Below, piece by piece: positions 49,554 to 61,789 of a stretch of DNA of 64,000 nucleotides. The stretch lies in NCBI GenBank assembly GCA_030390025.1, contig CM059431.1, forward strand, positions 101,620,001 through 101,684,000, written 5' to 3'. Positions within the stretch are counted from its first letter, which is position 1. Each line of letters begins with the position of its first letter. The translations under genes and the position numbers were made by a program. The notes under the pieces were generated by a model that saw nothing but the letters and a program-made list of their open reading frames with translations, was not told the DNA's origin and did no database searches. Source of the stretch: Squalus acanthias (lineage: Eukaryota).

Positions 49554-49853
49554 GCCCCTGCTGAGGAAATGGCTTCTGCCATTGAGAACAACATGAATGA
49601 AACGAACCCGCAACCCCTAAGCCGGCCAAGGCACCAATGATTCCAAAGACCAAACATGTATATTTTGAATACAAAAACTTATTTATTTCACAAACTCCTG
49701 TGTGTGTCATTTCCTCATGACAAACTAATAGAAAGAAACACAAAAACACAGTTATTAACAGAACTGGTTCTCATAACCTGGAGATAATGTTCAAAAGTTT
49801 GACCACGAACCTTAGCCTTTAATAAAAAAATGACCAACATTTTGTCACACCTC

Positions 49854-51652
49854 CTACTTTTTGCCCTTCGAGGGTGATCTCCTTCCCTTGCACACTTCCC
49901 CCCTTCCCACCCTACTGCTCCTCCATAATGGGACCTCAGTGGCTGCAGCAAGGCTGGTGGAAGGCTGCTGATTGTCAGAACCTGAGACTGCAGATGCCCT
50001 TGAAGGACGGCCTCGACCAGCTCTGGGCCTGGAGGGCCCGGCTGCAGACTGCACCAACTCTGCATGGGCGGCAGCAGTCTGTCCTACAGGCAGTGGCAAG
50101 TGCAGTGGAGAAGTGACAGTGGTGGCAGCAGGAATGCTGTCATCTTGAGAGAGGACAGCAACTCCCTGCTCGACCGACACACTGGCACTCCCACGGGGCA
50201 GCACTTCAGCATCCGGAGCAATCTGCTGGAGCACAGATTGCTGGCCTGCTGTGGCACGGTGAGAGCCCCGGGGAAATGTGTACGAACCATCGAGGATGGC
50301 AGCAGTCAGTGCTCGCGTGGCCTCAATCTGAGTCTGCATGAGAGCAACCAGTGACTGAATTGCAGCAATAAGCTTTAGTGTGGCATCCGCCTGTGCTACA
50401 GCGAAGTGCTCCACACTCCTTGCCAGTGATTCCATGCATTCGGGCACCCTTCCCACTGCACCCATGAGCTCAGTGTGCATGTCCACCGCCTGGGTGTTCA
50501 TTTCAGCGATGAGCCGCTCCTCCTCTGCGTCCAGTGCAGTAGGAGTCGCTGGCATACTCTCCCTCCGGGGAGAAGGCCCCCGTTCTTCCCTACCCCCATG
50601 GCGTTGCTGCAGCCCGCTGGGTCCTGGAGCTTCACCCTCATCAGACCCTTCCCCCCTGCTCCCCTCCAGGGAAGGCGTGTTCCCAGTGTGGGCATGGGCT
50701 TCCTCGGGAGAGGGTGGCACTGATGCTCCGCCTTCATCTTCCTCCTCGCCTGCAGCTTCACTCCCACTGGCAGCTTGAAGGCCCGTCTCCTCAGCTGGTG
50801 AATCACCATCTGAAAGCAGGGAGGTACAAGAGTGGCTTTAGCGTGAGGACAGGGTGGCAGTAAGGGAGGAATAAGTGCAGCGATTTAGTAAGTTGGATTG
50901 AAAGTGTCAAAGGCTGGTGTTGTGAGGGACAAGTGGAAGGACAGAGGACAAAAAGGTGCTGACCTTACCATTGCTGTCCAGAACGGGGCCGGCGTCTCCA
51001 GTGGCGACGGGACCGATCACCCGGCTTGCCACAATCCTGTGGACACGCGCCTCAAGATCGCTGAGGGGTTGCAGCTGAGGCTGCCCTCCACCTGTCCGTT
51101 GCTGCTGTCTCCTATTATGAGATAGCTTGGCCTGCAAGAAAAAGGACGGCGTCTGAGTAAATATACAGCCATGGTCTTGCCTGATGTGCCTCCCATAGGT
51201 GAATAGCCCTTACTGTATGCAGCCATGGTCTTGCCTGATGTGCCTCCCATAGGTGAATAGCCCTTACTGTATGCAAAGTGTGGAATGTGCGTGTGTGTTT
51301 CATGAGAGGGCCATAGGTGTTGGATGAGTGTTGTGCATTGGGGTTTTAAGACCCTCTGGCCATAGAGTGAGGTTGAGATGGAGGGATGGAGAGGTATTGA
51401 AAAAAAGCCACTCACCCTGACGATCCGAGTGAGGTCGTTGAACTTTTTTCGACATTGTACATGGGTCCTGGGCACCATGCTCCTGCAGGAGACGCTCTGA
51501 GCCACCTCCCTCCACACTCTTCTGTACTCGCGCGGCAAAGGCCTCCTGCCACTCTCAGGGAAGAGTATAGATCTTCTGCGCTCCACCGCGCCAACCAGAG
51601 CATCCAAGGCCCGCTCGCTGAAGCGCTGAGCTCGTTCTCTCACCCTCTCCAT
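49854..51652 (-). CDS. Harbinger Myb/SANT-like DNA-binding protein; exons 51652-51416, 51131-50969, 50809-49854; 451 aa, no disruption seen
   Basis: Exon 1 encodes RFSERALDALVGAVERRRSILF...WREVAQSV...RTHVQCRKKFNDL (Myb/SANT-like). Exon 2 has the RTGGG motif. Canonical GT-AG junctions, phases 0 and 1, total 1356 nt, ending at TAG. The C-terminus is acidic, then helical, then basic. Confidence 0.88.
51166..51273. repeat. 54-bp tandem duplication in intron 1 of the Harbinger Myb gene
   Basis: CAGCCATGGTCTTGCCTGATGTGCCTCCCATAGGTGAATAGCCCTTACTGTATG x2. Confidence 0.95.
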
Positions 51653-53704
51653 AGTCCTTGGCTGGAAGATTTAGGCACAGGTCTCTCCAGGCCGAGATTC
51701 AAGGCTCCAATGAGCAGGGTGTGGCTGGAGTGCAAGATCGACCCTCCCCTTTAAGAACTGTCTGGCGCCAGTGTGTCTGTGTTCCATCGCTAACTGACAG
51801 CACCTGCGCTGCGCCCGCGCTCTGAGTTAGCGCCTCGCTCCTCGGCCTTTGCGCCTTAAGACAGGTGTGTAGCGCCTGATTTAGCGCTCCAATCACCTCC
51901 AGGGGCGATAAAAGTCAAGTTTGCAGTCGGAGGCGATAATTAGCGCCAGGCGCTAATCTTTGCGCCCGGCCGATAATTGCGCCCCAAACGGGGCGATACT
52001 GAATTTCTCCCCCATAGGGTCTAATGAGAGGGAAGAACTGAATGAAATCAGTATTTGCAGGGAAATGGTGTTAGGGAAATTGACGGGATTGAAGGCCGAT
52101 AAATCCCCAGGGACTGATAATCTACCTCCTAGGGTACTTAAGGAAGTGGCCCTAGAAATAGTAGATGCATTACTGGTCATCTTTCAAAATTCTATAGACT
52201 CTGGAACAGTTCCCATGGATTGGAGGGTAGCTAATGTAACCCCACTATTTAAAAAAGGTGGGAGAGAAAACGGGGAATTATAGACTGGTAAGTCTGACAT
52301 CGGTAGTGGGGAAAATGCTAGAGTCCATTATAAAAGATGTAATAGCAGAGCACTTGGAAAACAGTGACAGGATCGGACAAAGTCAACATGGATTTACAAA
52401 AGGTAAATCATGCTTGACTAATCTACTGGAATTTTTTGAGGATGTAACTGGTAGAATAGATAAGGGAGAACCAATGGATGTGGTGTATTTGAACTTTCAG
52501 AAGGCTTTCGATAAGGTCCCGCATAAGAGATTAGCATGCAAAGTTAAAGCACATGGGATTGGGGGCAAGGTACTGACTTGGATAGAGAACTGGTTGGCAG
52601 ACAGGAAGCAAAGAGTTGGAATAAACGGGTCTTTTTCCGAGTGGCAGGCAGTGACTAGTGGGGTACCGCAGGGATCGGTGCTAGGACCCCAGTTATTCAC
52701 AATATATATTAATGATCTAGACGAGGGAACTAGATGTAATATCTCCAAGTTTGCAGACGACACAAAGCTGGGTGGGCGTGTGTGTTGTGAGGAGGATGCA
52801 GAGAAATTCCAGTATGATTTGGACAAGTTGGGTGATTGGGCAGATGCATGGCAGATGTAGCATAATGTGGATAAATGTGAGGTTATCCACTTTGGTGGCA
52901 AAAACAGGAAGGCAGATTATTATCTGAAGGGCAATAGATTGGGAAAAGGGGAAGTGCAACGAGACCTGGGAGTCCTTGTGCACCAGTCGCTGAAGGTAAG
53001 CATGCAGGTGCAGCAGGTGGTTAAGAAGGCAAATGGTATGTTGGCCTTCATAGCGAGAGGATTCGAGTACAGGAGCAAGGATGTCTTGCTATAGTTGTAG
53101 AGGGCCTTGGTGAGACCACACCTTGAGTATCGTGTGCAGTTTTGGTCGCCTTATCTGAGGAAGGATGTTTTTGCCATAGAGGGAGTGCAGCGAAGATTCA
53201 CCAGACTGATACCTGGGATGGCAGGAATGACGTATGAAGAGAGATTGGGACGATTGGGCTTGTATTCGCGAGAGTTTAGAAGAATGAGAGGGGATCTCAT
53301 TGAAACTTATAAAATTCTAACAGGACTAGATGCAGGAAGGATGTTCCCGATGGCGGGGGAGTCCAGAACCAGAGGTCACAGTCTAAGGATAAGGGGTAAG
53401 CCATTTAGAACTGAGATGAGGAGGGATTTCTTCACCCAGAGAGTGGTGAACCTGTGGAATTCTCTACCACAGAAGGCAGTTGAGGCCAATTCATTAAATA
53501 TATTCAAAAAGGAGACACATATATTTCTTAAGGCTAAAGGGATCAAGGGTTATGGGGAGAAAGCAGGGACAGGGTACTGAATTTGGATGATCAGCCATGA
53601 TCTCATTAAATGGCGGAGCAGGCTCGAGGGGCTGAATGGCCGACTCCTGCTCCTATCTTCTATGTTTCTATGTTTCTTCTATGTTTTAATATTTTCTAAA
53701 AAGA

Positions 53705-54025
53705 AGGAACGATCCGCATTTATAGCACACCATTCATGACCTCAGGACGTCTCAAAGCGCTTTACAGCCAATGAAGTACTTTTGAAGTGTAGTCACTGTT
53801 GTAATGTGGGAAACACGGCAGCCAATTTGCGCTCAGCAAGCTCATACAAACAGTAATGTGATAATGACCAGATCATCTGGTTTTAGTGATGTTGGTTGAG
53901 GGATAAATATTGGCCTCAGGACACCGGGGAGAACTCTCCTGCTCTTCTTCGAAATAGTGCCGTGGGATTTTTTACATCCACCTGAGAGAGCAGACGGGGC
54001 CTCGGTTTAACGCCTCATCCGAAAG
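53705..54025 (-). mobile_element. 5'-truncated DeuSINE
   Basis: Reverse-strand body and tail. Confidence 0.85.
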
Positions 54026-54699
54026 CTAGATGCAACCGAAAGATCGTAGGCCGTATGTTGTGGAATTCTGTTATTTGTAATAAACGATGCACAAATTTTC
54101 CCACTCCTGAACGACAGATGATTTCTTAATGTAGCTGTATGAAAGGCATCAAAATTGCTAATTACTTTGATGACAACCGACAAAGAACAGCCAATCAGTG
54201 GTAGCGTTGACTCTCCTACATTACAACTTGCATTTGCCTTCTACAGCTTGGTCCTTGCTAAGCAACACCATCAATGTCATCCAGAACATGGAACCTTTTT
54301 TCGGCTCTGTCATTTCCTGCATTCATTCATCGTTCATCGTATCTCACAGCACAGAAGGAGGCCATTCGGCCCATCGTGTCTGTGTCGTCTCTTTGAAAAA
54401 GCTATCCAATTAGTCCCTGCAAATTTATCCTATCCAAGTATTTCCCCAGTTCCCCTTTTGAAAGTTACTATTGAATCTGCTTCCACCGCCCTTTTAGGCA
54501 GCGCATTCCAGATCAGAACAACTCGCTGCGTAAAAACAATTCTCCTCATCTCCCCTCTGGCTCTTTTGCCAATTATCTTCAATCTGTGTCCTCTGGTTAC
54601 CGACCCTCCTGCCAGTGGAAACCGTCTCTCCTTATTTACTCCATCAAAACCCTTCATAATTGTCCGGCCTCCTGTTGACAGCTTCTCCTTGCTGTAACA

Positions 54700-56410
54700 A
54701 TAACAATAACAACTTGTATTTATATAGCGCCTTTAATGTAATAAAACGTCCCGCGGCGCTTCACAGGAGCGATTATGAAACAAAACCTTTACACCGAGGC
54801 ACATGAGCTATTAGAACAGGTGACCAAAAGCTTGGTCACAGAGGTAGGTTTTAAGGAGCGGCTTAAAGGAGGAGAGCGAGGCGGAGAGGTTTAGGGAGGG
54901 AATTTTAGAGTTTGGGGTCCAGGCAGCTGAAGGCACGGCCGCCAATGGTGGAGCGACTAAAACTGGGGATGTTCCAGATGTATGTTTCTTGAATTTACCT
55001 GCCCCCCTTCTCTCAGGGTGACTGACTCCTTCCAATTGTGCAAATGATTGCTGTTGTATTTGACTAGAGTGTAAAAAGTGACCACACGGGGAGCATTTCA
55101 ATCCAGGATCCATAGTCTGACCTTTTGTACAATCCCAGAACCCGAGGGCTTGACTGGGTTGTTGCTCAGAGGTTGTTTCCCCTGACTGGGGAGTCTACAA
55201 CCAGGGGTCACAGTCTCAGAATAAGGGGTTGGCCATTTAGGACTGAGATGAGGAGGAATTTCTTCACTCAGAGGGTGGTGAATCTTTGGAATTCTCTACC
55301 CCAGAGGGCTTTGGAGGCTCAGTCGTTGAGTATATTCAAGATAGAGATCGATCGATTTTTGGGCACAAAGGGAATCAAGTGATATGGGGATAGGGCGGGA
55401 AAGTGGAGTTGAGGTCGAAGATCAACCATGATCTTATTGAATGTCGGGGCAGGCTCGAAGGGGCCGAGTGGCCGACTCCTGCTCCTATTTCTTATGCTCT
55501 TATATAATTAAAAGTCTAACATGCATCTGTTCCACCATAGCTCTCAAAGTATCATATCGCCGAGTGTGATGCCACAACAGTTGGTGTCTGTGGGGGAGAA
55601 TAATCATGACCTCTGTCTCTTCAGTTAACAGTGCTGAATGATTTGCATTTTGTCAGTGGGATATTCGAGCCAGTGAAAAGCCACTTGACTAATTCTTTAA
55701 AAACAAATAAAGCTTCCAGTGAGCAAGTGCCGCAAAAATCACCCAATTAAATTACTTAAATGTGTTTCAAACCTAGCGCTCTGAAGCCAGCAAGCACCAC
55801 ACCACGTGCAACTACTGTGGAACAAACCAATAAAATTGCTCCAACAATTCTCCCCTCCATCTGATATTTCTATTACATCATGGCTCCCCACCGTAAACAT
55901 GAGATCATCCAAAACTCTGCTGCCCGTATCCTAACTCGCACCAAGTCCCGTTCGCCCATCACCCCCTGTGCTCGCTGACCGACATTGGTCCCGGTCTGGC
56001 AACGCCTCGATTTTAAGACTTTCATCCTTTTTTTTTCAAATCCCTCCATGGCCTCGCCCCTCTCCCTATCTCTGTAACCTTCTCCAGCCCTGCAAACCCT
56101 CTGAGATATCCACGCTCCTCTAATTCTGGCCTCTTGCGCCTCTCAGATTTCCATCGCCCCACCATTGGTGGCCGTGCCTTCAGCTGCCTGGGCTCTAAGC
56201 TCTGGAATTCCCTCCCTAAACCTGTCCGCCTCGCTACCTCTCCTCCTTTAAGACGCTCCTTAAAACCTACCTCTTTGACCAAACTTTTGGTCACCTGCCC
56301 TAATTTCTCCTTATGTGGTTCGGCGTCAACTGTTGTTTTATAAACGCTTTTCTGCAGCGCCTTGGGATGTTTTACTACGTTAAAGACACTATATAAATGC
56401 AAGTTGTTAA
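54700..56410. mobile_element. L2 (-, ~54700-54975), CR1 (+, ~55128-55502) and L2 (+, ~55885-56410) fragments
   Basis: Family-diagnostic 3' sequences. Confidence 0.82.
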
Positions 56411-56974
56411 AGCAGCATCCAGTTTAAGTATCTTGTTACTAATACGTCTAACATTCAATATGTACATATACCATGTATACCTATTACAGATTTGCCTCCT
56501 TTTTTTTGCCCCAGTGTGTGTATCTTCTTGTATCTGCTTTGTGTTCATCCTTGCCTTTAATCAGTCTCATTTGGGATCCAGTTACTTCCCCCTCTTCCCT
56601 TACCTCTCCATTTGAATGATTCTCAGTAGCTGTCTTGTGTTCCTTGCAAGTCCCATTGCTCCTGCTTTGTTTCGGTTCAATCCATCTCTCCTGTACCAGC
56701 CCTTCTTTGATCTCAAAAGATTGGCAAGTATAAATTGGCGTCATTTTCGCAGACTTGATGTGCAGTGAATGGGTACTTTTAAAACCAGGGTGTCTGGAGT
56801 TATGTGGCAGTTCCAAGGCCCATTTCTACATCAAGCCCCAATCAGATTCAACGGCAAGAGAACTTGGACTCTTTGCTACAGTACCTAGTGGTCTGCGCAT
56901 ATTTATGTCTTAATAAAAGTGTAATAGCAGAAATGTTTTGATGTATTAAAAAAAAAAGCTTAAGTACTATAAAA

Positions 56975-57470
56975 ATGACATAGAAGCACTGGAGAAAATG
57001 CAAAAAAGATTTACAAGGATGGTACCAGAACTGAGAGATTACAGCTATCGGGAAAGATTGAACAGGTTGGGGCTTTTTTTTTTGAGAAAGAGAAGACTTC
57101 GAGATGACCTGATAGAGATCTTTAAATTTATGAATGGGTTGGACAGGGTAGATGTGGAGAGAATGTTTCCACTTGTGGAAGCATCCAAAACCAGGGGCCT
57201 TAAATACAAGGTAGCTACTAATAAATCCAGTAGGGAAATAAGGAGAAATTTCTTTACTCAGAGTGGGGAACTCGCGACCACAGGAAGTGGTTGAGCCGAA
57301 TAGCTTAGATGCTTTCAAAAGGGAACTAGACGAGTGCATGAGATAAAGGGAACCGAAAGATGGGCTGAGAGGCTGAGATGAGGCAGATGGAATGGGAGCA
57401 GACTCGTGTGGAGTATAAACACCAGCACGGACTGGTTGGGCCGAATGGCCTGTTTCCTGTGTTGCATATT
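56975..57470 (+). mobile_element. CR1 3' fragment
   Basis: QKRFTRMVPELRDYSYRERLNRLGLF. Confidence 0.85.
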
Positions 57471-57923
57471 CGATGCAAATCTATGTTAAAGTTCAGAATG
57501 GCACTCGAGCAGTGAGCTCAAAATACCTGCTGAGGAGGAAAGCAAGAAGGCAGGAGGTGAAATGGGGACTGGGAGGCCCTGCCACCGAACGTGAAGGTGA
57601 GACCAGAGGCAGCCAGCCCCAGACCAACTCGCAGATGAGGAGGACCCGGGGTGGTGGGGGGGCTGGGGGGCGCGAGAAGTGGGGTCAGTGGAAAAGGGAA
57701 GGGGGGGGCTTCGGAGCAAGAGCAGTGGCATCATCACCAGGAGAGGCAGCAGATTCTGGGATAAAAAGAACAGCATCCGGAACCAAGAGGAGAGCTGACA
57801 GGAGCAGACAATCGGGAATGGGAGAAATACGAGATAGACAAGTCAGCTTTTACAGTAATTCTGTCATACTCGAATCTCGGACTCTCAGTGAGACTTTATT
57901 AACCAGGTTCTCAGCCATGTCAA

Positions 57924-58672
57924 GTGTCAGCCAGTGGCTCAGTTGGTAGCACCCTCGCCTCTGATGGCAGAAGGCTGTGGGTTCAAGTCCCACTCCAGAG
58001 ACTTGAGCACAAAATCCAGGCTGACGCTCCCAGTGCAGTACTGAGGGAGCGCCGCACTGTCGGAGGGGCAGTACTGAGGGAGCGCCGCACTGTCGGAGGG
58101 GCAGTACTGAGGGAGCGCTGCACTGTCGGAGGGGCAGTACTGAGGGAGCGCCGCACTGTCGGAGGGGCAGTACTGAGGGAGCGCCGCACTGTCGGAGGGG
58201 CAGTACTGAAGGAGCGCCGCACTGTCGGAGGGGCAGTACTGAGGGAGCGCCGCACTGTCGGAGGGGCAGTAATGAGGGAGCGCTGCACTGTCGGAGGGGC
58301 AATACTGAGGGAGCGCCGCACTGTCGGAGGGGCAGTACTGAGGGAGCGCCGCACTGTTGGAGGTGCCATCTTTCGGAGGCCCCGTCTGCTCTCAGGTAGA
58401 CGTAAAAGATCCCGTGGCACTATATTGAAGAAGAGCAGGGGAGTTATCCCCGGTGTCCTGGCCAATATTTATCCCTCAATCGACATAACAAAAACAGATT
58501 ACTGGTCATTATCACATTGCTGTTTGTGGGAGCTTGCTGTGTGCAAATCGGCTGCTGCGTTCCCTACATTACAACAGTGACTACACTTCAAAAAGTACTT
58601 CATTGGCTGTAAAGCGCTTTGGGATGTCCGGTGGTCGTGAAAGGCGCTATAGAAATGCAAGTCTTTCTTTCT
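57924..58672 (+). mobile_element. DeuSINE with internal 33-bp minisatellite (58036-58365, 10 units)
   Basis: A/B boxes, array, body, tail. Confidence 0.92.
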
Positions 58673-59342
58673 TCTCGTATGTCATCTGCTCCTGTGAGCT
58701 CTGCTGCCTCCAGTTCTTGCGCAGGGTGAAACCCTTTGGTGTACGTGAATAGTGTAATTATTATAAATTCACACTCTACCTACCGGTATGATTCTTGTTT
58801 CTAGAATACAAAACATAACCCACTAGCATATTGTGCTGAATTGTCTTTTTTAAAAAAAAAATGGAAATAGGTTTAGGTTTTCAGCGAGAGGTTAACCTGA
58901 ACTACGTTTGAAGACAAATCTTGCACCGAAATGATTCCTGGGAATTTTTCCGAGAGTACAAAGGATAATGATTTGCGTTAAACAGACTTTCTGAGAACAC
59001 AGAACTTTGTTTTGAAGGCAGAAGGTTTTTACGACGTGTGTATGTGTGGATAACCTCTTCAGTTTCTTTTGAATATACTGAATAAGATGAGAAAAAGTCT
59101 TATTTTACATTTCCTATTTTTTTTTAAATCGCTTTACTACATTTGCAGAAGCTCAGATGCTCATTTCTTTCCATCAAGGATTCCAAAAGGTTCCCACGAT
59201 CTGAGTCTTCTGACTGCTGTCTGTATGCATCCTTAAGAATTAAAGTGTTGCTTGTAGCAACCCAGGCAGAAGAAAAAAATCTCGGAAGTGTTTTGAGTTT
59301 GTTGCCGCCTTGTTATTGAAAGTCTTGTTGTGTTTTTATTAG

Positions 59343-59432
59343 ATCGGGACACTGAAACGCCATGGGAGGACACTCTGCTCCACCGTGCCTGAAAACGCAA
59401 GGAAAGAAGCTCACAGCTTGCTGGTTACAGAA
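59343..59432 (+). CDS. DOCK9: DOCK9-like exon 3 (IGTLKRHGRTLCSTVPENARKEAHSLLVTE)
   Basis: ttttattag| acceptor, 90 nt, GAA|gtaagt donor, phase 0. Matches DOCK9 ...RRQGRYICSTVP...EAQSLFVTE better than DOCK11. The gene continues beyond the window. Confidence 0.92.
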
Positions 59433-59774
59433 GTAAGTCCCCCCCCAAAGCACAGCGTTCAACAGTAATGACTGCAGATTCAGCCTCGAGGCCGATTGTA
59501 ATCGGCTTGTTATCGTGTGTCTCTATAAATGGCTCAACCTCCCAACTGTTGCAGACGCTTTGCTTTTGCTGCACTCGGCCTCGGAGGGAGCGCAACGCAG
59601 ATTCACCAGAATGATACCGGAGCTGAATGGGTTAAATTACGAGGACAGATTTCATAAGCTTGTATTCCCTTGAGTGTAGAAGATTAAGGGGTGATCTAAT
59701 TGAGGTGTTTAAGACGATTAAAGGAGTTGATCGGGTAGAGAGAGAGAAACTATTTCCTCTGGTGAGGGGGAGTT

Positions 59775-60096
59775 GGGGGCAACACGGTGGCATAGTGGTC
59801 AGCACTGTTGCCTCACAGCGCCAGGGACCCGGGTTCGAATCCGGCCTCGGGTGACTGTCTGTGTGGAGTTTGCACATTCTCCCCGTGTCTGCGTGGGTTT
59901 CCTCCGGGTGTTCCGGTTTCCTCCCACAGTCCAAAGATGTGCGGGTTAGGTTGATTTGGCTATGATAAATTGACCCTTAGTGTTAGGGGGGATTAAATAC
60001 GTGGGGTTACGGGGATAGGGTGGGATATGTGTCGGTGCAGGCTCGATGGGCCGAAATGGCCTCTATCTGCACTGTGGGGATTCTGTGATTCTGTGA
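59775..60096 (+). mobile_element. HE1-like V-SINE nested in a CR1 fragment (~59575-60360)
   Basis: tRNA head (TGGCATAGTGG, GGTTCGAATCC), V-domain TGTGTGGAGTTTGCACATTCTCCCCGTGTCTGCGTGGGTTTCCTCCGGG...TTCCTCCCACAGTCCAAAGA, CR1-like (GATTCTGT) tail. Confidence 0.88.
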
Positions 60097-61789
60097 ACAA
60101 GGGGGCATAACCTTAAAATTAGAGCCAGGCCGTTCAGGGGTGATGTCAGGAAGCACTTCTTCACACAAAGGGTGGTGGAAATCTGGAACTCTCTTCCCTC
60201 AAAAAGCTGTTGAGGCTGGAGGTCAGTTGAAAATTTCAAAACTGAGACTGATTGACTTTTGTTCGGCAAAGTATTAAGGGTTACGGAACCAAGGCGGGTA
60301 GCTGGAGTTAAGATACAGATCAGCCGTGATCTAACTGAATGGCGGAACAGGCTCGAGGGTCGGAACAGGCCCTTTAACTATGTTAAAGGTGCTATATAAA
60401 TACAAGTTGTTGTTGTTGATGTATTTTGCATCCATCTCTCCTGGGCAAAGTGACATTTCATAAAATGAACATAATGTGTCGACCAGCTTCATTCTTGGGT
60501 TTCCTGTCCAGTGTAAGGAGGTGAGAGGAAAGGCAAAAAGCCTGATCGTGCAGTGTCCGTTTGAATGGTTTTTCCAGGTTGTGGGATGCAGGATGATTGA
60601 ACGTTACAGTTTACTAAACTACTGCAAAGTGAGCTGGAAGGGGAGGTTGTTCTAGGAAGGTTTCACCATTCTTTCTATTGTCCCTTCTAATGTATGAAAA
60701 ATTTAATTAAAAAGAACTTGTAAATCTCTCTCAGTGATGTACCCTGGGGCAGTAAATGTGTGCATTGCTGTATTTGTTGTAGATAAAGCACCATGTGGCC
60801 TTGTTATTAGGCGTGGAGCCAGAACGCTTGATCTTGTATGATGTACCACTGAAATTATTTTACTTTGGTCTAGACTTTTCCTGAAAGCTGCCTTGCTACG
60901 TTTAGTTCAACCCCTTCATTAGTTGGGCTAAAGACGGTTTGTCTGTTTCCAGTGAAAGAATTGAAATCGTCAGGTGTAAAAATAAAATAAATAATTTCAC
61001 GAGTAATTGAAGGGCTGTGATTCAGCCTCGGTGCTTTGAAGATGGGTTGAGTTACGGCAGTCTGAGTCATTGTCATGACTTGTTTCCTAAACTAATTCAT
61101 GCCCCCAGTGTCTCCGAATACACAGGCGTTGACAACTTTCGAGCTCTTCCTTCCACTTCCGAGCTGTTGAAATCCCCAGCAACTTTAACCGAGCTTCCGC
61201 TCCACGCTGGCCCGAAAGCTGCACGTTCTGCCGAGTACGAGCGTGAATTTTTTGTTTCATGTTAAGAGAAGCGATATAATTCCAGCTCAGTTTACGGTTT
61301 CCAAAAAAGTTACGGCACATTTTCCTTCATCGTCGTCACCATCTTGAACGTTGAAATAAATGTGCCAGATTTATCGTATGGCTGATCAGCATTGACTGGG
61401 AATGTGCTGCGAGATTGGAATGCACTCGAGGCTGACGTTGCAAGTCTTCTCGGCCAAATCCAGAGACTGTTTGACCTTCGAACCCAAGCTGGTCTTTTTA
61501 AAGACGCCTAAAACTGGCCGTGTTGATTTTTGGAGGGGAACAGGTGGGGTTTATATTTGTCATACGGAATGCTGGGTTTGCCGTTGTACAAGGCTGATCT
61601 CAGCACAGAGTTAGAACGGAACTCGTTAGACTGGAAAAAGGGTGTTCCAAAGTAATGCTCCTTTTACATAACTATAGAATTCTGGAATTTATTGCGCAAG
61701 TGTATAAAATGGTTAAATGACGTATTCTGTATACGTAATGAGGTGGAATAGTCCAGAAGAATGGTGTGCTGGAATTGTTAACGCGCTCG

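Larger units (their letters stand above)
47911..52013 (+). mobile_element. PIF/Harbinger DNA transposon, two-gene architecture, inserted in a CR1 LINE
   Basis: 16-bp TIRs GGGGGAAAAATTCAGT / ACTGAATTTCTCCCCC (1 mismatch). ATA TSD at 47908-47910 and 52014-52016. CR1 ORF2 sequence resumes on both sides. Carries a convergent transposase and Myb/SANT gene. Confidence 0.96.
47505..53690 (+). mobile_element. 5'-truncated CR1 LINE (decayed ORF2 RT), split by the Harbinger
   Basis: KSPGTD, NYRLVSLTSVVGK, QHGF, KAFDKVPH, SGVPQGSVLGP, YINDLD, KFADDTK, RPHLEY, LWNSLP. Several stops and frameshifts. (TTCTATG)-type tail at ~53660-53687. Confidence 0.93.

Noticed and set aside
48407..51652. Domesticated host genes HARBI1/NAIF1
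   Set aside because: Enclosed by TIRs and a TSD inside a CR1, the transposase is frameshifted, and a related non-autonomous copy exists. This is a transposon.
52258..53580. Functional reverse transcriptase gene
   Set aside because: 5'-truncated CR1 ORF2 with several stops and frameshifts and no endonuclease domain.
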